Shown here piece by piece: positions 26,869 through 38,126 of a DNA stretch of 64,000 nucleotides. Position 1 is the first letter of the stretch. Each line of letters opens with the position of its first letter. Position numbers and translations under genes: made by a program. The notes under the pieces were generated by a model. That model searched no databases. It was not told the DNA's origin and worked only from the letters and a program-made list of their open reading frames with translations. This DNA comes from Callorhinchus milii. Taxonomy: Eukaryota. The stretch is taken from the NCBI RefSeq assembly GCF_018977255.1, contig NW_024704743.1, positions 111,540,001-111,604,000 of the forward strand. Reading direction: 5' to 3'.

Positions 26869-27700
26869 TACAATAATCCTTGCATTTGATATAGCACCTT
26901 ATCACATTTCTGAGATGTCTCAAAGTGCTTCACAGAATAAAGTGAATTGACTGTGGGCGAAATGCGGCATTCAATTGCATACAGCAGTGTCCCACAAACT
27001 GTTGTGGATTCAGTGACCAAATTAGTTGGCTGATCTGATCAATATAACAGGGGTGGTGGGGGGGAGATAGCCAGAAAGACAGAAGGTTTCCGGTGTTGCG
27101 TTTGTGTGTGTTTTACCCTCTTCTTTCCCTCATTCTCCAACAAGATGTCTGTATTTTTACTAAGTAAATTAGATAGCATTTCAATGCGAGTTCAAAAGCA
27201 CTGAGTAATGTCTAAAGTGCTTTAATTTATTTTGTTAACATAAAACAGACACTTTGGAGGTTACATCACCTTTCATGGAAAAAGTAAACTAAAGCTTCAC
27301 TTCACTAAGATTATGAACACTATTCTTTTTAAAAAAACTTCTCCAGTCAATTTGGAACAAATCCTGAATGTCTAAATAAACCATGAAAATTGAAACATGG
27401 CCAGAATTGAATATTTAAAGAACATACATCAAAGAGAGAAACTAACAGTAGAAAGCTCAAAGGTAGGAAAGGAGAATAGCTGTACACCTAAACTGAATAT
27501 TTTATTTTGTTTTATTTTAAAGGTCACTCAACTTTATATCTTTATAGAAGTATAGAACTGAACGTGTTTCAATGAGTTCTATGAATTCCTTTGATATTAT
27601 CTCATTGAAAATTATCAGAATTAGACTCCCCTCATTTGAACGTTTGCTTACGGCCAGCCTGTTTAAACGTTTTTCTTGTCTTCATGCTGAATGCTATAAT

Positions 27701-28363
27701 AACAACAACAACAAGATTCCATTTATAGAGCGCCTTTCACATCGGGAGGACGTCCCAAGGCGCTGGACAGTTGGGTCAGGACCCGAGTAGGGGGGAAATG
27801 GTCAGGGTGAGGGGAGGGAAGGGAGGGAGCGAAGAGGGGGTAAATGTTCAGGGTGAGGGGAGGGAAGGGAGGGGGCGAGTAGGGGGTAGAGAGTTGAGAG
27901 GGGAGCTGAAGGCACGGTCAAAGAGAAAGGTCTTGAGACCGGCCTTGAAAGAGGAAAGGGAGGAAACAAGGCGAAGGCACTGGGGGATAGAGTTCCAGAG
28001 CCTAAGGGCTGAGAGGCTGAAAGCCCGGCAACCGATGTTAGGGCGGTTGGGGCGGGGGATGTGGAGCAGACCGGAGCCAGAGGAACGGAGGGTATGGGCA
28101 GGTAGGTAGGGGGATAGTAGGTCGGAGAGGTAGGAGGGAGCAAGTCCGTGAATGGCCTTGTAGGTGAGGATGAGGATCTTGAATTCGATCCTCTGGGGGA
28201 TGGAGAGCCAGTGGAGGCGAGCGAGGGTGGGAGTGATGTGGTCGCGAAGCCTGGTGCGGGACAGTACACGAGCTGCAGAGTTCTGAATGACCTGCAGCTT
28301 GTGGAGGGAGGTGCCGGGAAGGCCGGCGAGGAGAGAGGTCCCATAGTCCAGCCTTGAGGTGAT
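27701..28363 (-). mobile_element. L2 LINE 3' fragment with (TTG)n tail, abutting a SINE tail at 28363-28460
   Basis: Minus frame ITSRLDYG...LHKLQVIQNSAARVL...LHWL...RIEFKIL...GCRAFSLSALRLWNSIP. Confidence 0.9.
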
Positions 28364-29049
28364 AATAATCCTTGCAATTAATATAGCGCCTTATCATGTC
28401 ATTGAGACATCTTAAAGTGCTTCACAGGATATACTGTAAAGTGTAGTGATTATGTAGGCGAAATACTAGACAGCAGAGGAGTAAAATTCTATCCTGGTCT
28501 AAATTTACTCTGCTAACGTAGCGTTTGAGAATGTGTGGAATTTGGCAAATTCTTGAAAACAACTATAATTTTGAAGCAGATTTCCTCTAAGTTTTTTTAA
28601 GAACAACAAAAAACAGTAAAATATCATATATAGGTAGCATTTTTTAAATGTAATACACATAGAATTGTAGGAAGGTAACAGGATTGTCAATAAAATTATA
28701 TAAGTAATAAGTACATGAGAAAAAGTGTTTAAAGGCAATTTGACAAGACACAGATTACTGTGTTGGTTGGTGAGAAGGCTAAAGAATTCTTAAATTTACT
28801 TCAGAGAACAGGTGAAACAAATGAGAAAAGATCAGTTATAAAAGGATCATAAAACAAGAAAATTAGTGAAACATATCCTGGGCTCCATTATTATTATATT
28901 GTTATTTTGTGTTCTTTTATTGAAAGGTCTCTGGTCTTTTTCACTATTGCTACTTAAGACAATGAATTATTGGGGTGATATTTGGATAATTTCTTTCCTG
29001 AATAAAACCAGAGATAAATGTTAACATACATTTAGAAATAAAGTTTTAT

Positions 29050-29512
29050 CTGCTAACTGCTTCTCCTCCAGCCCTTGTGCTGTCATTTGCTGAATTCCTC
29101 AAGGCTCACCCTTGTTCTTTCCTCTTTATATATACATGTTTCCACTCAGTGATATCATCCGTATGATGGGGATTAACTTCCACATGTATTTGGATGACAC
29201 CCAAATCTATCTCTCTGCCTTGACCCTCAACTCCAGGACTACTGCTGTCCTGACAGAATATCTGAATGAGAGCTAACTTTCTCCAGTTCTGTTGAACTTA
29301 GCTCTACATCAACAAGACCGAGGCTCTCCTGATTGACTCCCGTCAGTGCCTCCACATCTCAGGCACTGGCAGTATCACCGTCCAAGGATGCACACTCCAC
29401 CTCACCGAGCCAGTTCGAAACCTTGGCGTCGTTTGGCCCTCAACTGTCCTTTCTACCCCACGTCCATGCCACCATGAGCTGCTCTGCCTTCCCCCACCTC
29501 CGCAACTTGAAT
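29050..29512 (+). mobile_element. L2 RT-region fragment (decayed)
   Basis: PQGSPL...[25 protein letters not shown], then KTEALLI and NLGV..PQLSFLPHV motifs. Confidence 0.75.
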
Positions 29513-30037
29513 CTGCTTCAGAGTGTTTTGTGCATTCTTTTCTAAATACTCCATACAGATTGGCATATTTCCTCAGTTTATGAGGTATGTCCTGGAATGA
29601 CCTACCACCAACTCTACAAATAATATTTAGCATACCATCACCCCATTCACACAACCCGGATACGATTCCTCGGCTCAAACTCTTGAAATGTTGATCTTAA
29701 AAGTAATGAAGCTGATATAGTTAGATTGTTTGAGGTATTTTGGATTTTAATGGCAGGTTTATGCATTATGCACTTGCAAAATATGCAGTGTCACTGGATC
29801 ATCCAAAATAAATTATGTGTATCCAGTCTTGTGGGTGGGGAAGAGGGGGGGGGGGGGATACGAACAAACAGCTGCTTAGCAGGAGCTGGGGTTAAGTAAC
29901 CAGAGATTCGGGTTTTTAAAGATGTATACGCGTGGGTATCCAAAATGATCATGCGGAACACGGACCAATCAACTGGCATGTTTCATTTCAGTCCATCATA
30001 AGAATCGGATGACGCTCAGATACCCATTAATTACATT

Positions 30038-30305
30038 AGAATATATAGCACAGAAACAGGCCATTCGGCCCAACTGGTCTATGCTGGTGTTTATGCTCTA
30101 CAAGAGCCTTCCCCTGCCTTTCCTCAACTAAGCCTTCAACCATAACCTTCTATTCCTTTCTCCCTCATGTACCTATCTAGCTTTCCCTTAAATACATCTA
30201 TGCTGTTTGGCTCAACAGCATTTTCCACATTCTCACCACTCTCTCTGTGAAGAAATTTCTTCTAACTTTCCTATTTGATCTATTTGTGACTATTTTATAT
30301 TGATG
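30038..30305 (-). mobile_element. CR1 3' fragment
   Basis: TAGAATATATAGCACAGAAACAGGCCATTCGGCCCAAC is the reverse complement of the CR1 3' end. Confidence 0.8.
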
Positions 30306-30744
30306 GCCACATTATATTTCTCACATTATATGTGAGAAAACAAAGAACTGACAAGTATTGGGATTGTAAAAAAAAATTGCGAGGGCAAATATTTGCAAAC
30401 TGGCAGTTTTTTTTGCGTAATATACACACCATCTGTGGTAAGGTTATCTCTGGTAACATTCACTTTACAGTGTGTTCTGTGAAGCGCTTTGGGACGTCCT
30501 CCTGAAGTGAAAAGCGCTATATCAAATGCAAGAATTATTATTATTATTATTAACTCCTCAATCCCTCTCCCCACCGTCACCCAATCCACCTCCATCTCCA
30601 ACTGCCCTGGAATCATCACTCCCTATACAAACTCCTCCGATCGGGTTTCCATACTGCCCACAGTGCAGAAACAGCCTTGGTCAAAGTGATAAATGATATT
30701 TTGTCCACCAGTGACCAGGGCTCCCCCTGTCTCCTCGACTCCTT

Positions 30745-31057
30745 GTGGAGTCCTCAGTGGTTAGAACACTCGCTTTGCAAGCGAGAGACCTGAGTTCAAT
30801 TCCAGGCAGGGCGAAACCTTGGGCAAGTTTCCTTACTCCACACACCTAATAATAATCCCTCCAAAAAAACAAAACAATAAATTGGTCATTTTCAATCCAC
30901 GACTGTTTGTGGGACATTGCTGTGCGCAATTGGCTGCTGCGTTCGCCCACAAATATACAGTCAATTCACTTTACAGTGTGTTCTGCGAAGCGCTTTGGGA
31001 CGTCCTCCCGACGTGAAAAGCGGTATATCAAATGCAAGGATTATTATTATTATTATT
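30745..31057 (+). mobile_element. tRNA-Ala-derived composite SINE, short form (6-nt deletion in the A box), preceded by a SINE tail (30460-30551) and an L2 piece (~30555-30744)
   Basis: Near-identical to the 20079 copy apart from the A-box deletion. Confidence 0.9.
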
Positions 31058-31338
31058 AATAACAACCAAAGTGAACATCATATGAAATTGTGATTGGCTT
31101 AAAACAAGTCCTCCAATGAGTTTAATTGGCTACTTAAGGCCCACTGGGCACTATTTTCTTAAAAACCTTTAGGGAAAATATAGAACAATTTTACACCATA
31201 ACTTAATCAATAATTTGTTTTCTCAATGATCATCTATGCATACCATAGAGTGGCATGGATAGATGATCATAAGTATACCACATTTGGAAATATTACCATA
31301 AGTGGAAACATCAGATTTAAACACCAATATTTACTCAC

Positions 31339-31448
31339 TTCTGTTCTTTAATCCACTGACTAACATTTGTGACCACTAACTCGCTTTCTTGATGGAGTCG
31401 ACCGTTGTCACTTTGTGCTTCTTTGAGGGCTTGCTGCAGAGTTTCCAG
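31339..31448 (-). CDS. PMFBP1: PMFBP1-like exon, 110 nt phase 0-2: LETLQQALKEAQSDNGRLHQESELVVTNVSQWIKEQK
   Basis: Acceptor atccacag|, donor AA|gtgagt. The QW..xQK motif resembles the PMFBP1 C-terminal region as I recall it. Confidence 0.88.
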
Positions 31449-32221
31449 CTGTGGATATGGACATGTCAAAGATTGAGATGGACTCTTTCAAGTTCACTGG
31501 ATTTGGAATACAGTTAATGTCCAGTACAGCATGCTGCAGGAAAAATCCTTTTTCTCCACTTTTTCAAATAACAAGCATTTGATGTACAAGCTATCCATAG
31601 CTTCAACATGTTATTAAAAATGTTTGATGCCTTCCCATGTCTTAGAATTATTAGCTTATTATCCTCAACATAAAATGTTTTACCACAAGCCACTGCTGCA
31701 GTTTGCATCATGCTTATTTAATTAAAATTAAACTGTTCAACCTGAAGACATGTTAAAAATTTGGGAAAATTCATTTTGTCCCATTTAAGTGGTCACGGTT
31801 GTTATTTGTATAAAAACATCAATATATGGTCGATTGCATAAGATACCATGTGTACTATAAACCAGATAGAGAAACTAAAGTTCTCCATAAAAAAGAATGT
31901 CTGTGATACGTTGGAGAGATGTTCTCCAATGTTATAACAACAACTTGCATTTCGATAGTGCCCTTCACATGGGGTAGCGTCTGGAGGGACAATAGCTTAT
32001 AAAGGGGCAATGGGTAAATTAACATCTGATAAAGAAAGAATAGCTAAGGTTTCAGGGAGAATCCTTCAATGCATTTCTTCTGCAGCAAGGGATTCGGGAA
32101 GATTAGAGATACAATGGAATTACTGAGATACTTAAGTGCTTCTCCCACTGGGAGTTGCTCCTGGTGTCCTGGCCAACAGTGCCCCAAATAAAATTGGTCA
32201 TTCATTTCATAATTATTTATG

Positions 32222-35032
32222 GGGCACAGAAACCTGGCTCTCCCCCAATTACCCCATCCCCCTAGTTGCAGCCTCCCCTCCAGGCTACACTTCCATCACA
32301 CATCCCGTCCAAACCAACGTGGTGGCGGGGTGTCTCTCATCTCCAAAGCTTCCCTTGGTCTCACCCCCTACTCCTCCGCTGCTTCCCCTCCTTCGAGCAC
32401 CTCACCCTCTTCCATCCCTCTCTCCCACTGAAAATCCTCCGGGTCTACTGCCCCCCTTAGCCCCCTGGCTCCTTCCACACAGACATATGTACCCTCCTCT
32501 TCCCTGTCCCTTTGCTCTGAACGCCTGCTCATAATGGGCGATTTCAACCTCCACCAAAACTCCCCTTGCACCACTTCTTCCGACTTCACTGCCCTCCTTT
32601 CCTCCCTAAACCTCACCCTTCACATAAATTCACCTACCACAATTGTGGCCATGCCCTCGACCTCGTTATCACCCACGGCCTTGACATTTCCAACCTTAGC
32701 ATAGTGTACAAAGCCATCTCGGACCACTTCCTCATCTCCTCTTATCACATCCCTCTCTCCTCTACCAAGCTCTCTACCATTCTCTACCGCCCATGGAAAG
32801 GCTACCCCCTGAACCCTCACAAAGGCCCTCACATCATCAAATATCCTATCCCTCTGGCCTTCCACCCGCGGAGATCCTGAAGCAGCCATCCAGCTGCTCC
32901 ATGATCACCTCTCCTCCACCTTCAACTCCCTCGTCCCCCTGAAATCCAGGACCATCTCCAAATCCACCCGATCCCCCTTGCATAACAACCACCTCCACTG
33001 TCAAAAAACCCAAAGCCGGCTGCTCGAGCACAGATGGCGGAAAACTAGCCTGACAGTCCACCGCCAACTGTGGCTCGAGCATCTCCACAGCTACCGCCAT
33101 TCTTTGACACGCGCAAAAACATCCTTCTACTCCAACATCATCTTGGAGGCTAACCACAACCCTAAAATCCTTTTTTCCACCACTCACTACCTCCTCTGTG
33201 CCCCCCCTCAGGCCTCCTCAATCTTCACATCCAACGCCAAGTGCGAGGAGGTCATGGACTTCTTTTCATCCAAAATACACAACATCCGCTAGGCAGCCTC
33301 ATCCACCTGTCTCTTGTCACCCACCACTACCCCTTCTCCATCCCCCTCACCTTCCCTATCATCAGCTCCTACCACGACCCCCATCCTACATTCCTTCCTC
33401 CCCATTTCTCCCTCCTCCCTCTCACCCACCATCATCTCAATGAAACCCACCATCTATTGCCTCGACCCCTCCCCACCAACTTGCTGGTCACCCAGCTCCC
33501 CCTCTTCTGCCCATTACTGGCTGATGTCATCAACCAGTCCCTCTCCTCTGGATCAGTCTCTGCCCCTCTCAAAACTGCTGTCATCACCCCCCTCCTCAAA
33601 AAACCTTCCCTAGATCCCTCAAACCCCAGCCACGACTGCCCTATTTCAAATGCCCTTCCTCGCAAAAGTCCTAGAACTCGTTGTTGCAAATCAACTCCGC
33701 GCACACCTCTCCTCCCACTCCCTCTTCGAACCCCTCCAGTCCGGTTTCCGCCCTGCCCACAGTACAGAGACTGCATTTGTGAAAGTCACAATTGACATCC
33801 TCTCTATCTGTGACCAGGGCTCCCTCTGCCTCCTTGTCCTCCTGGACCTCTCCGCCACGTTCAATACAATCGATCACGCCATCCTCCTCCACCGCCTTTC
33901 CTCCGTCATCCACCTCAGTGGGACCGCACTCACCTGGTTCGAGTCCTACCTCACGAACCACCAGCAGTACATCTACATAAACGGCTTCTCCTCCCGCTCT
34001 CACCCGGTTACCTGCAGGGTACCCTAAGGATCCATTCTTGGCCCCCTCCTCTTTCTGATCTATATGCTCCCTCTTGGAGATGTCATCCCCAGACATGGGG
34101 TACACTTCCACATGCATGCAAACGATACCCAACTCTATTTTTCCACCTCATTTTGCGCCCTGCCTGTCAGACCTCAGGGGCTGGATAAGCGCAAATTTCC
34201 TTCAGCTAAATGTTGACAAGACGGAAGCCATACTCTTTGGCTCTCATCAACATCTAAAATCTCATGGTTCTCACCTCCTCCACCTACCTGACCTCCCCCT
34301 AAAACTCTCCGAACCTGTACGCAACCTAGGTGTCAAGTTTGACCCCCAATTATCCTTTGTCCCCCACATCTGGTCCCTCACAAGCACTGCTTTCTTCCAC
34401 CTCCGATGCATCGCCCGTCTCTGCCAATACCTCACTCCAAAAGCCGCTGAAACCCTGGTCCATGCCTTTGTCACTTCTCGGTGGACTATTCAAATGCCCT
34501 CCTCGCCAGTATCCCATCCACTACCATCCATAAAATTCAGGTCATACAAAACTCTGCTGCCCACATTCTTACCTGCACCAAACTCCACTCCCCGATTACC
34601 CCAGTACTTGCCAGACTGCACTGGCTGCCTGTCCCAGAGAGGATTGACTTCAAGATCCTCACCCTTGTCTTCAAATCCCTCCACTCCTCTGCACCCTCCT
34701 ACCTCTCTGACTTCCTCTCTCCTCACAACAGTGCCCGTTACCTTCGTTCCACCGGGTCTGGCCTCCTCCTTGTCCCCAGAGTCCTCCGCTCCACCCTCGG
34801 TGGCCGTGCTTTCAGCCATTATACCTCGAGGCTCTGGAACTCCCTTCCTCTCTCCCTTCGCCTCGCCCCCTCTCCCTATTTTCAGGTCTCGGCTGAAGAC
34901 CTTTCTTTTCGACCATACCTTTGGTCAGCTTCCAGCCCCTCTCCCTGGCTCGGCCCCGGGATCCGTTACTGTGAAGCGCTCTGAGACGCAGTCTGGCATG
35001 GAGGGCGCTATATAAATCCAAGTTGTTGCTGT
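32222..35032 (+). mobile_element. 5'-truncated, decayed L2 LINE (~2.8 kb): APE endonuclease and RT remnants with frameshifts and stops
   Basis: TETWLS, IMGDFNLH, GHALDLVIT, ISDHFLI (APE); PLLKKPSLDP, QSGFRPAHSTETA, LLDLSATFNTIDH, GSILGPLLFLIY, HMHANDTQL (degenerate YADD); LHWLPV..RIDFKIL; tail GCGCTATATAAATCCAAGTTGTTG. Confidence 0.95.
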
Positions 35033-35183
35033 TGCTGTTCTTAAATTGGCTGCTGCAATCATCCACAAATGCACAGTCACTGCATTTCACAGTAAATCAC
35101 GTGAAGCGCTTTGGGATATTCTCCCAACCTGAAAGGCGCTTCACCAAAATGGAAGGATTATTATTATTATTATTATTATTATT
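35033..35183 (+). mobile_element. 3' half of a DeuSINE whose 5' part lies at ~32150-32225 (split by the L2)
   Basis: Left part GGAGTTGCTCCTGGTGTCCTGGCCAAC...TTTATGGGG; right part AAATTGGCTGCTGC...GTGAAGCGCTTTGGGA...(TTA)n. The two halves are collinear with the Deu domain. Confidence 0.75.
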
Positions 35184-35389
35184 GACTGGAGCTGAAAACC
35201 ATTAAAATCACCATAAACAATAACACATCTATTTAATTTGAGATGTTTGATATTTAGAAGTAGGGTGTACTTAATGCTTATTTGGTGCCTTAATTGTTAG
35301 TTTCTTACAAAGGGCATTATGCCTAAAGAACTGCCATGCACATTTGAGTGAGTGTTTGGTTAAAAAAATTAAAGCAACACAACAATGTA

Positions 35390-35815
35390 CATGATCAGAA
35401 AAGAACAGATCTGCCCATCCCAAAAATGAACAATATACAATATTTTACCTCTCATTGAGCTGAAATCAATTTATTTGCTAAACAGCTGTCCAATTCCCTC
35501 TCAATTCTGCTGACACAATCTGCCTGCATTGCCTCTTTGATTCATCTATTCTACAAGATCACTAGTCTGTGTAAAATAATTTAGTCACAACTGTATGTTC
35601 ACTGCCCCTTTTTTGACCACGTCCCCTTGTAGAATTTATGACAAAAACATTATTAGGGTTCAACTTTTGTGTTCAAATACTCTTTAGGATTGTAAATACT
35701 TTAAGATCTCTCTAATTGTTCTCTTGTCCAGTATGAACATCCCCAGCTTCTGCAGTCTCTTCTCATAACTTAGGTGCCTAATTCCAGCTATCAATTTTAG
35801 TTGATTTGAAGGTGC
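35390..35815 (-). mobile_element. CR1 3' fragment, strongly decayed
   Basis: KLIAGIRHLSYEKRLQKLGMFILDKR matches the CR1 motif LSYEERL..LGLFSLE.RR. Confidence 0.65.
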
Positions 35816-36509
35816 ATGTATTTTGCTTTCAATGCCACACAAGAACTGTGTAAATAGCATGAACCTATATTGCAAAACACAAATAAAAAAAAATCATGTA
35901 GTGATTCAATTGATGGCATCATTGGTTTTGTAATCACCAATGCCTCAATGTAACATAGCCTGACGTACATAATGCGTGTTATCGTTGGCTTGATTCATTT
36001 CAATAGTAATTAACATTTTGTTCACTCTATAATGTCAGATCCCATTACATATCATTGCCAAAATATACGTCATGACAGCCTTGCAAACTGTTGCATTAAT
36101 GTATACTTCAAAGAAAAAAGAACTTGCATGTTTATAGTGCATCATCATCCTGAAATGACTCAAAAGTGCTTCACAAGTAATTAGTATCAAGTATTGTGTC
36201 TGTTTTATAAGCAGACATGGAGTCATTTCTACCAATAGCATACTAGAAATGCAGGAGATGAACTTAAGTCAGTTAAAACATTCCAATTGGACTAATGTGG
36301 AAAAATGCTTCTTTTGAAAAAGGTAATGGTGCTGGTACCTTCACACTGGAAAATGTGCCTAGTGACAAAATGTCTTTTATGCAGTGAGAACACTGCATGT
36401 CATGCTGATTTGTGAGGTTTGGGCTCTAAGGAGATCTACAACATGACCTCAACTGCAGTCATCGTACACTAATACCAAAATAACTTTTAAAAATATGGAA
36501 TATAAATTA

Positions 36510-36860
36510 ATCAGAAGGTTATGGGTTCAACCCCTGCATCGGGATTTTTGCTAGACTGACACTCCAGCATGTTACGGGGGAGTGCTGCACTGTCAGCAGT
36601 GCTGTCGTTCAGATGAGACACAAAACCGAGGACCTGTCTAAAAATTCCAGGGCACTATTTGAAAAAAAGGAATTTCTCCCTCCGTTCTACTCAGTAAATT
36701 AAAATGGTCATTCACGTGGTTTGTGAGATGTTGTTGTGTGCAAATAAAGTATAATGACTGCCATGTTTGCCCACAAATACAGTCACTATACTTCCACTTA
36801 AGTTTTGTGAACTATTTTGAGACATTATAGGCAATATGTCAACTGCAACAATTATTATTT
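36510..36860 (+). mobile_element. DeuSINE (SacSINE1-like), decayed
   Basis: TCAGAAGGTTATGGGTTCAA...CTGACACTCCAG...GGAGTGCTGCACTGTC...TCAGATGAGAC..AAACCGAGG. Confidence 0.75.
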
Positions 36861-36892
36861 ATTTGCAGAGATTCAATAATGTCATTCAGTAC

Positions 36893-37060
36893 CTCTGCTA
36901 CTTTGTCTTGTAACGTCTCTTCTAAGACAACCATCTGTGCTTTGTGCATAACCAGGTGTTCTTCTTTAACAGCTAAATCTTTGATGCTTTCTTGGCTCTT
37001 CTTCAGTGCTTCAATGAGTTGAGCACTGATCTCAGTTAGCTTCTCTTCATATTTGTGTAC
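36893..37060 (-). CDS. PMFBP1: PMFBP1-like exon, 168 nt phase 0-0: VHKYEEKLTEISAQLIEALKKSQESIKDLAVKEEHLVMHKAQMVVLEETLQDKVAE
   Basis: Acceptor acttatag|, donor GAG|gtactg, open 56-codon heptad frame. Confidence 0.88.
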
Positions 37061-37430
37061 CTATAAGTATTCAAGAGTCAAACAAATTAAAAAGCAGGTT
37101 AAAAGCTCTCTTTTCTTACCCACTCCAATGTGCGGACAGTAAAATGCAGAGACATTGCATATTAGAATTCCAGAAATTAAGAAGGAGAAATAACCTTTTA
37201 ATCAATTTGTTATGTTGGAATTATAATTCAGTCTTCTGGGTGAATGTTCTTCATAGATACATTTATCCTATACTATTTGGAGCTGAAATGGATCAGTCAT
37301 TACAATCCAAAATTATTTTTAACCAGAACTGGACAGATTTATCCCTGATTTATGGATCTATGGTTCTCTATTTCCTTCTATCTCAAAATGTTAGTTTCTT
37401 TTCAAATATCTAGAGGTTTTGAATTACATT

Positions 37431-37760
37431 GTGGAGTCCTGTAGCTCAGTGGTTAGAGCACTCGCTTTGCAAGCGAGAGACCTGAGTTCAATTCCAGGCA
37501 CAGGGCGAAACCTTGGGCAAGTTTCCTTACTCCACACGCCTAATAATAATCCCTCCAAAACCAAAAACAATAATAAAATTGGAATTTTCAATCTACGACC
37601 GTTTGTGGGACATTGCTGTGCGCAATTGGCTGCCGCGTTCGCCCACAAATTTACAGTCAATTCACTTTACAGTGTGTTCTGTGAAGCGCTTTGGGACGTC
37701 CTTCCGACGTGAAAAGCGCTATATCAAATGCAAGGATTATTATTATTATTATTACTATTA
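37431..37760 (+). mobile_element. tRNA-Ala-derived composite SINE, short form, full length
   Basis: Intact head, Deu-like body and (TTA)n tail. Confidence 0.92.
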
Positions 37761-37791
37761 CATTAATTGTGTAAGTTGAAGGTTTATTCAA

Positions 37792-38126
37792 GTGGAGTCC
37801 TATAGCTCAGTGGTTAGAGCACTCGCCTTGGAAGCGGGACACCTGGGTTCAATTCCAGACAGGGCGAAACCTTGGGCAAGTTTCCTTACTCCACACGCCT
37901 AATAATAATCCCTCCAAAACAAAACAATAATAAATTGGTCATTTTCAATCCACGACTGTTTGTGGGACACTGCTGTGCACAATTGGCTGCCACGTTTTGC
38001 CCACAAATACACGGTCAATTCACTTTACAGTCTATTCTGTGAAACACTTTGAGACGTCGAGAAGACGTGAAAAGCGCTGTATCAAATGCAAGGATTATTA
38101 TTAGGATTGTTATTATTATTATTATT
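37792..38126 (+). mobile_element. tRNA-Ala-derived composite SINE, short form, tandem to the previous copy
   Basis: Same structure, with tail variant GAGACGTCGAGAAGACGTGAAAAG. Confidence 0.92.

Noticed and set aside
32136..35205. Many long overlapping ORFs (up to 313 aa) suggesting an active RT gene
   Set aside because: They are frameshifted pieces or off-frame readings of one dead L2, with in-frame stops and the catalytic YADD changed to HAND.
37431..37510. tRNA-Ala genes at SINE heads
   Set aside because: Each head continues into a SINE body and tail, and copies carry random lesions, so they are treated as SINEs rather than tRNA genes.
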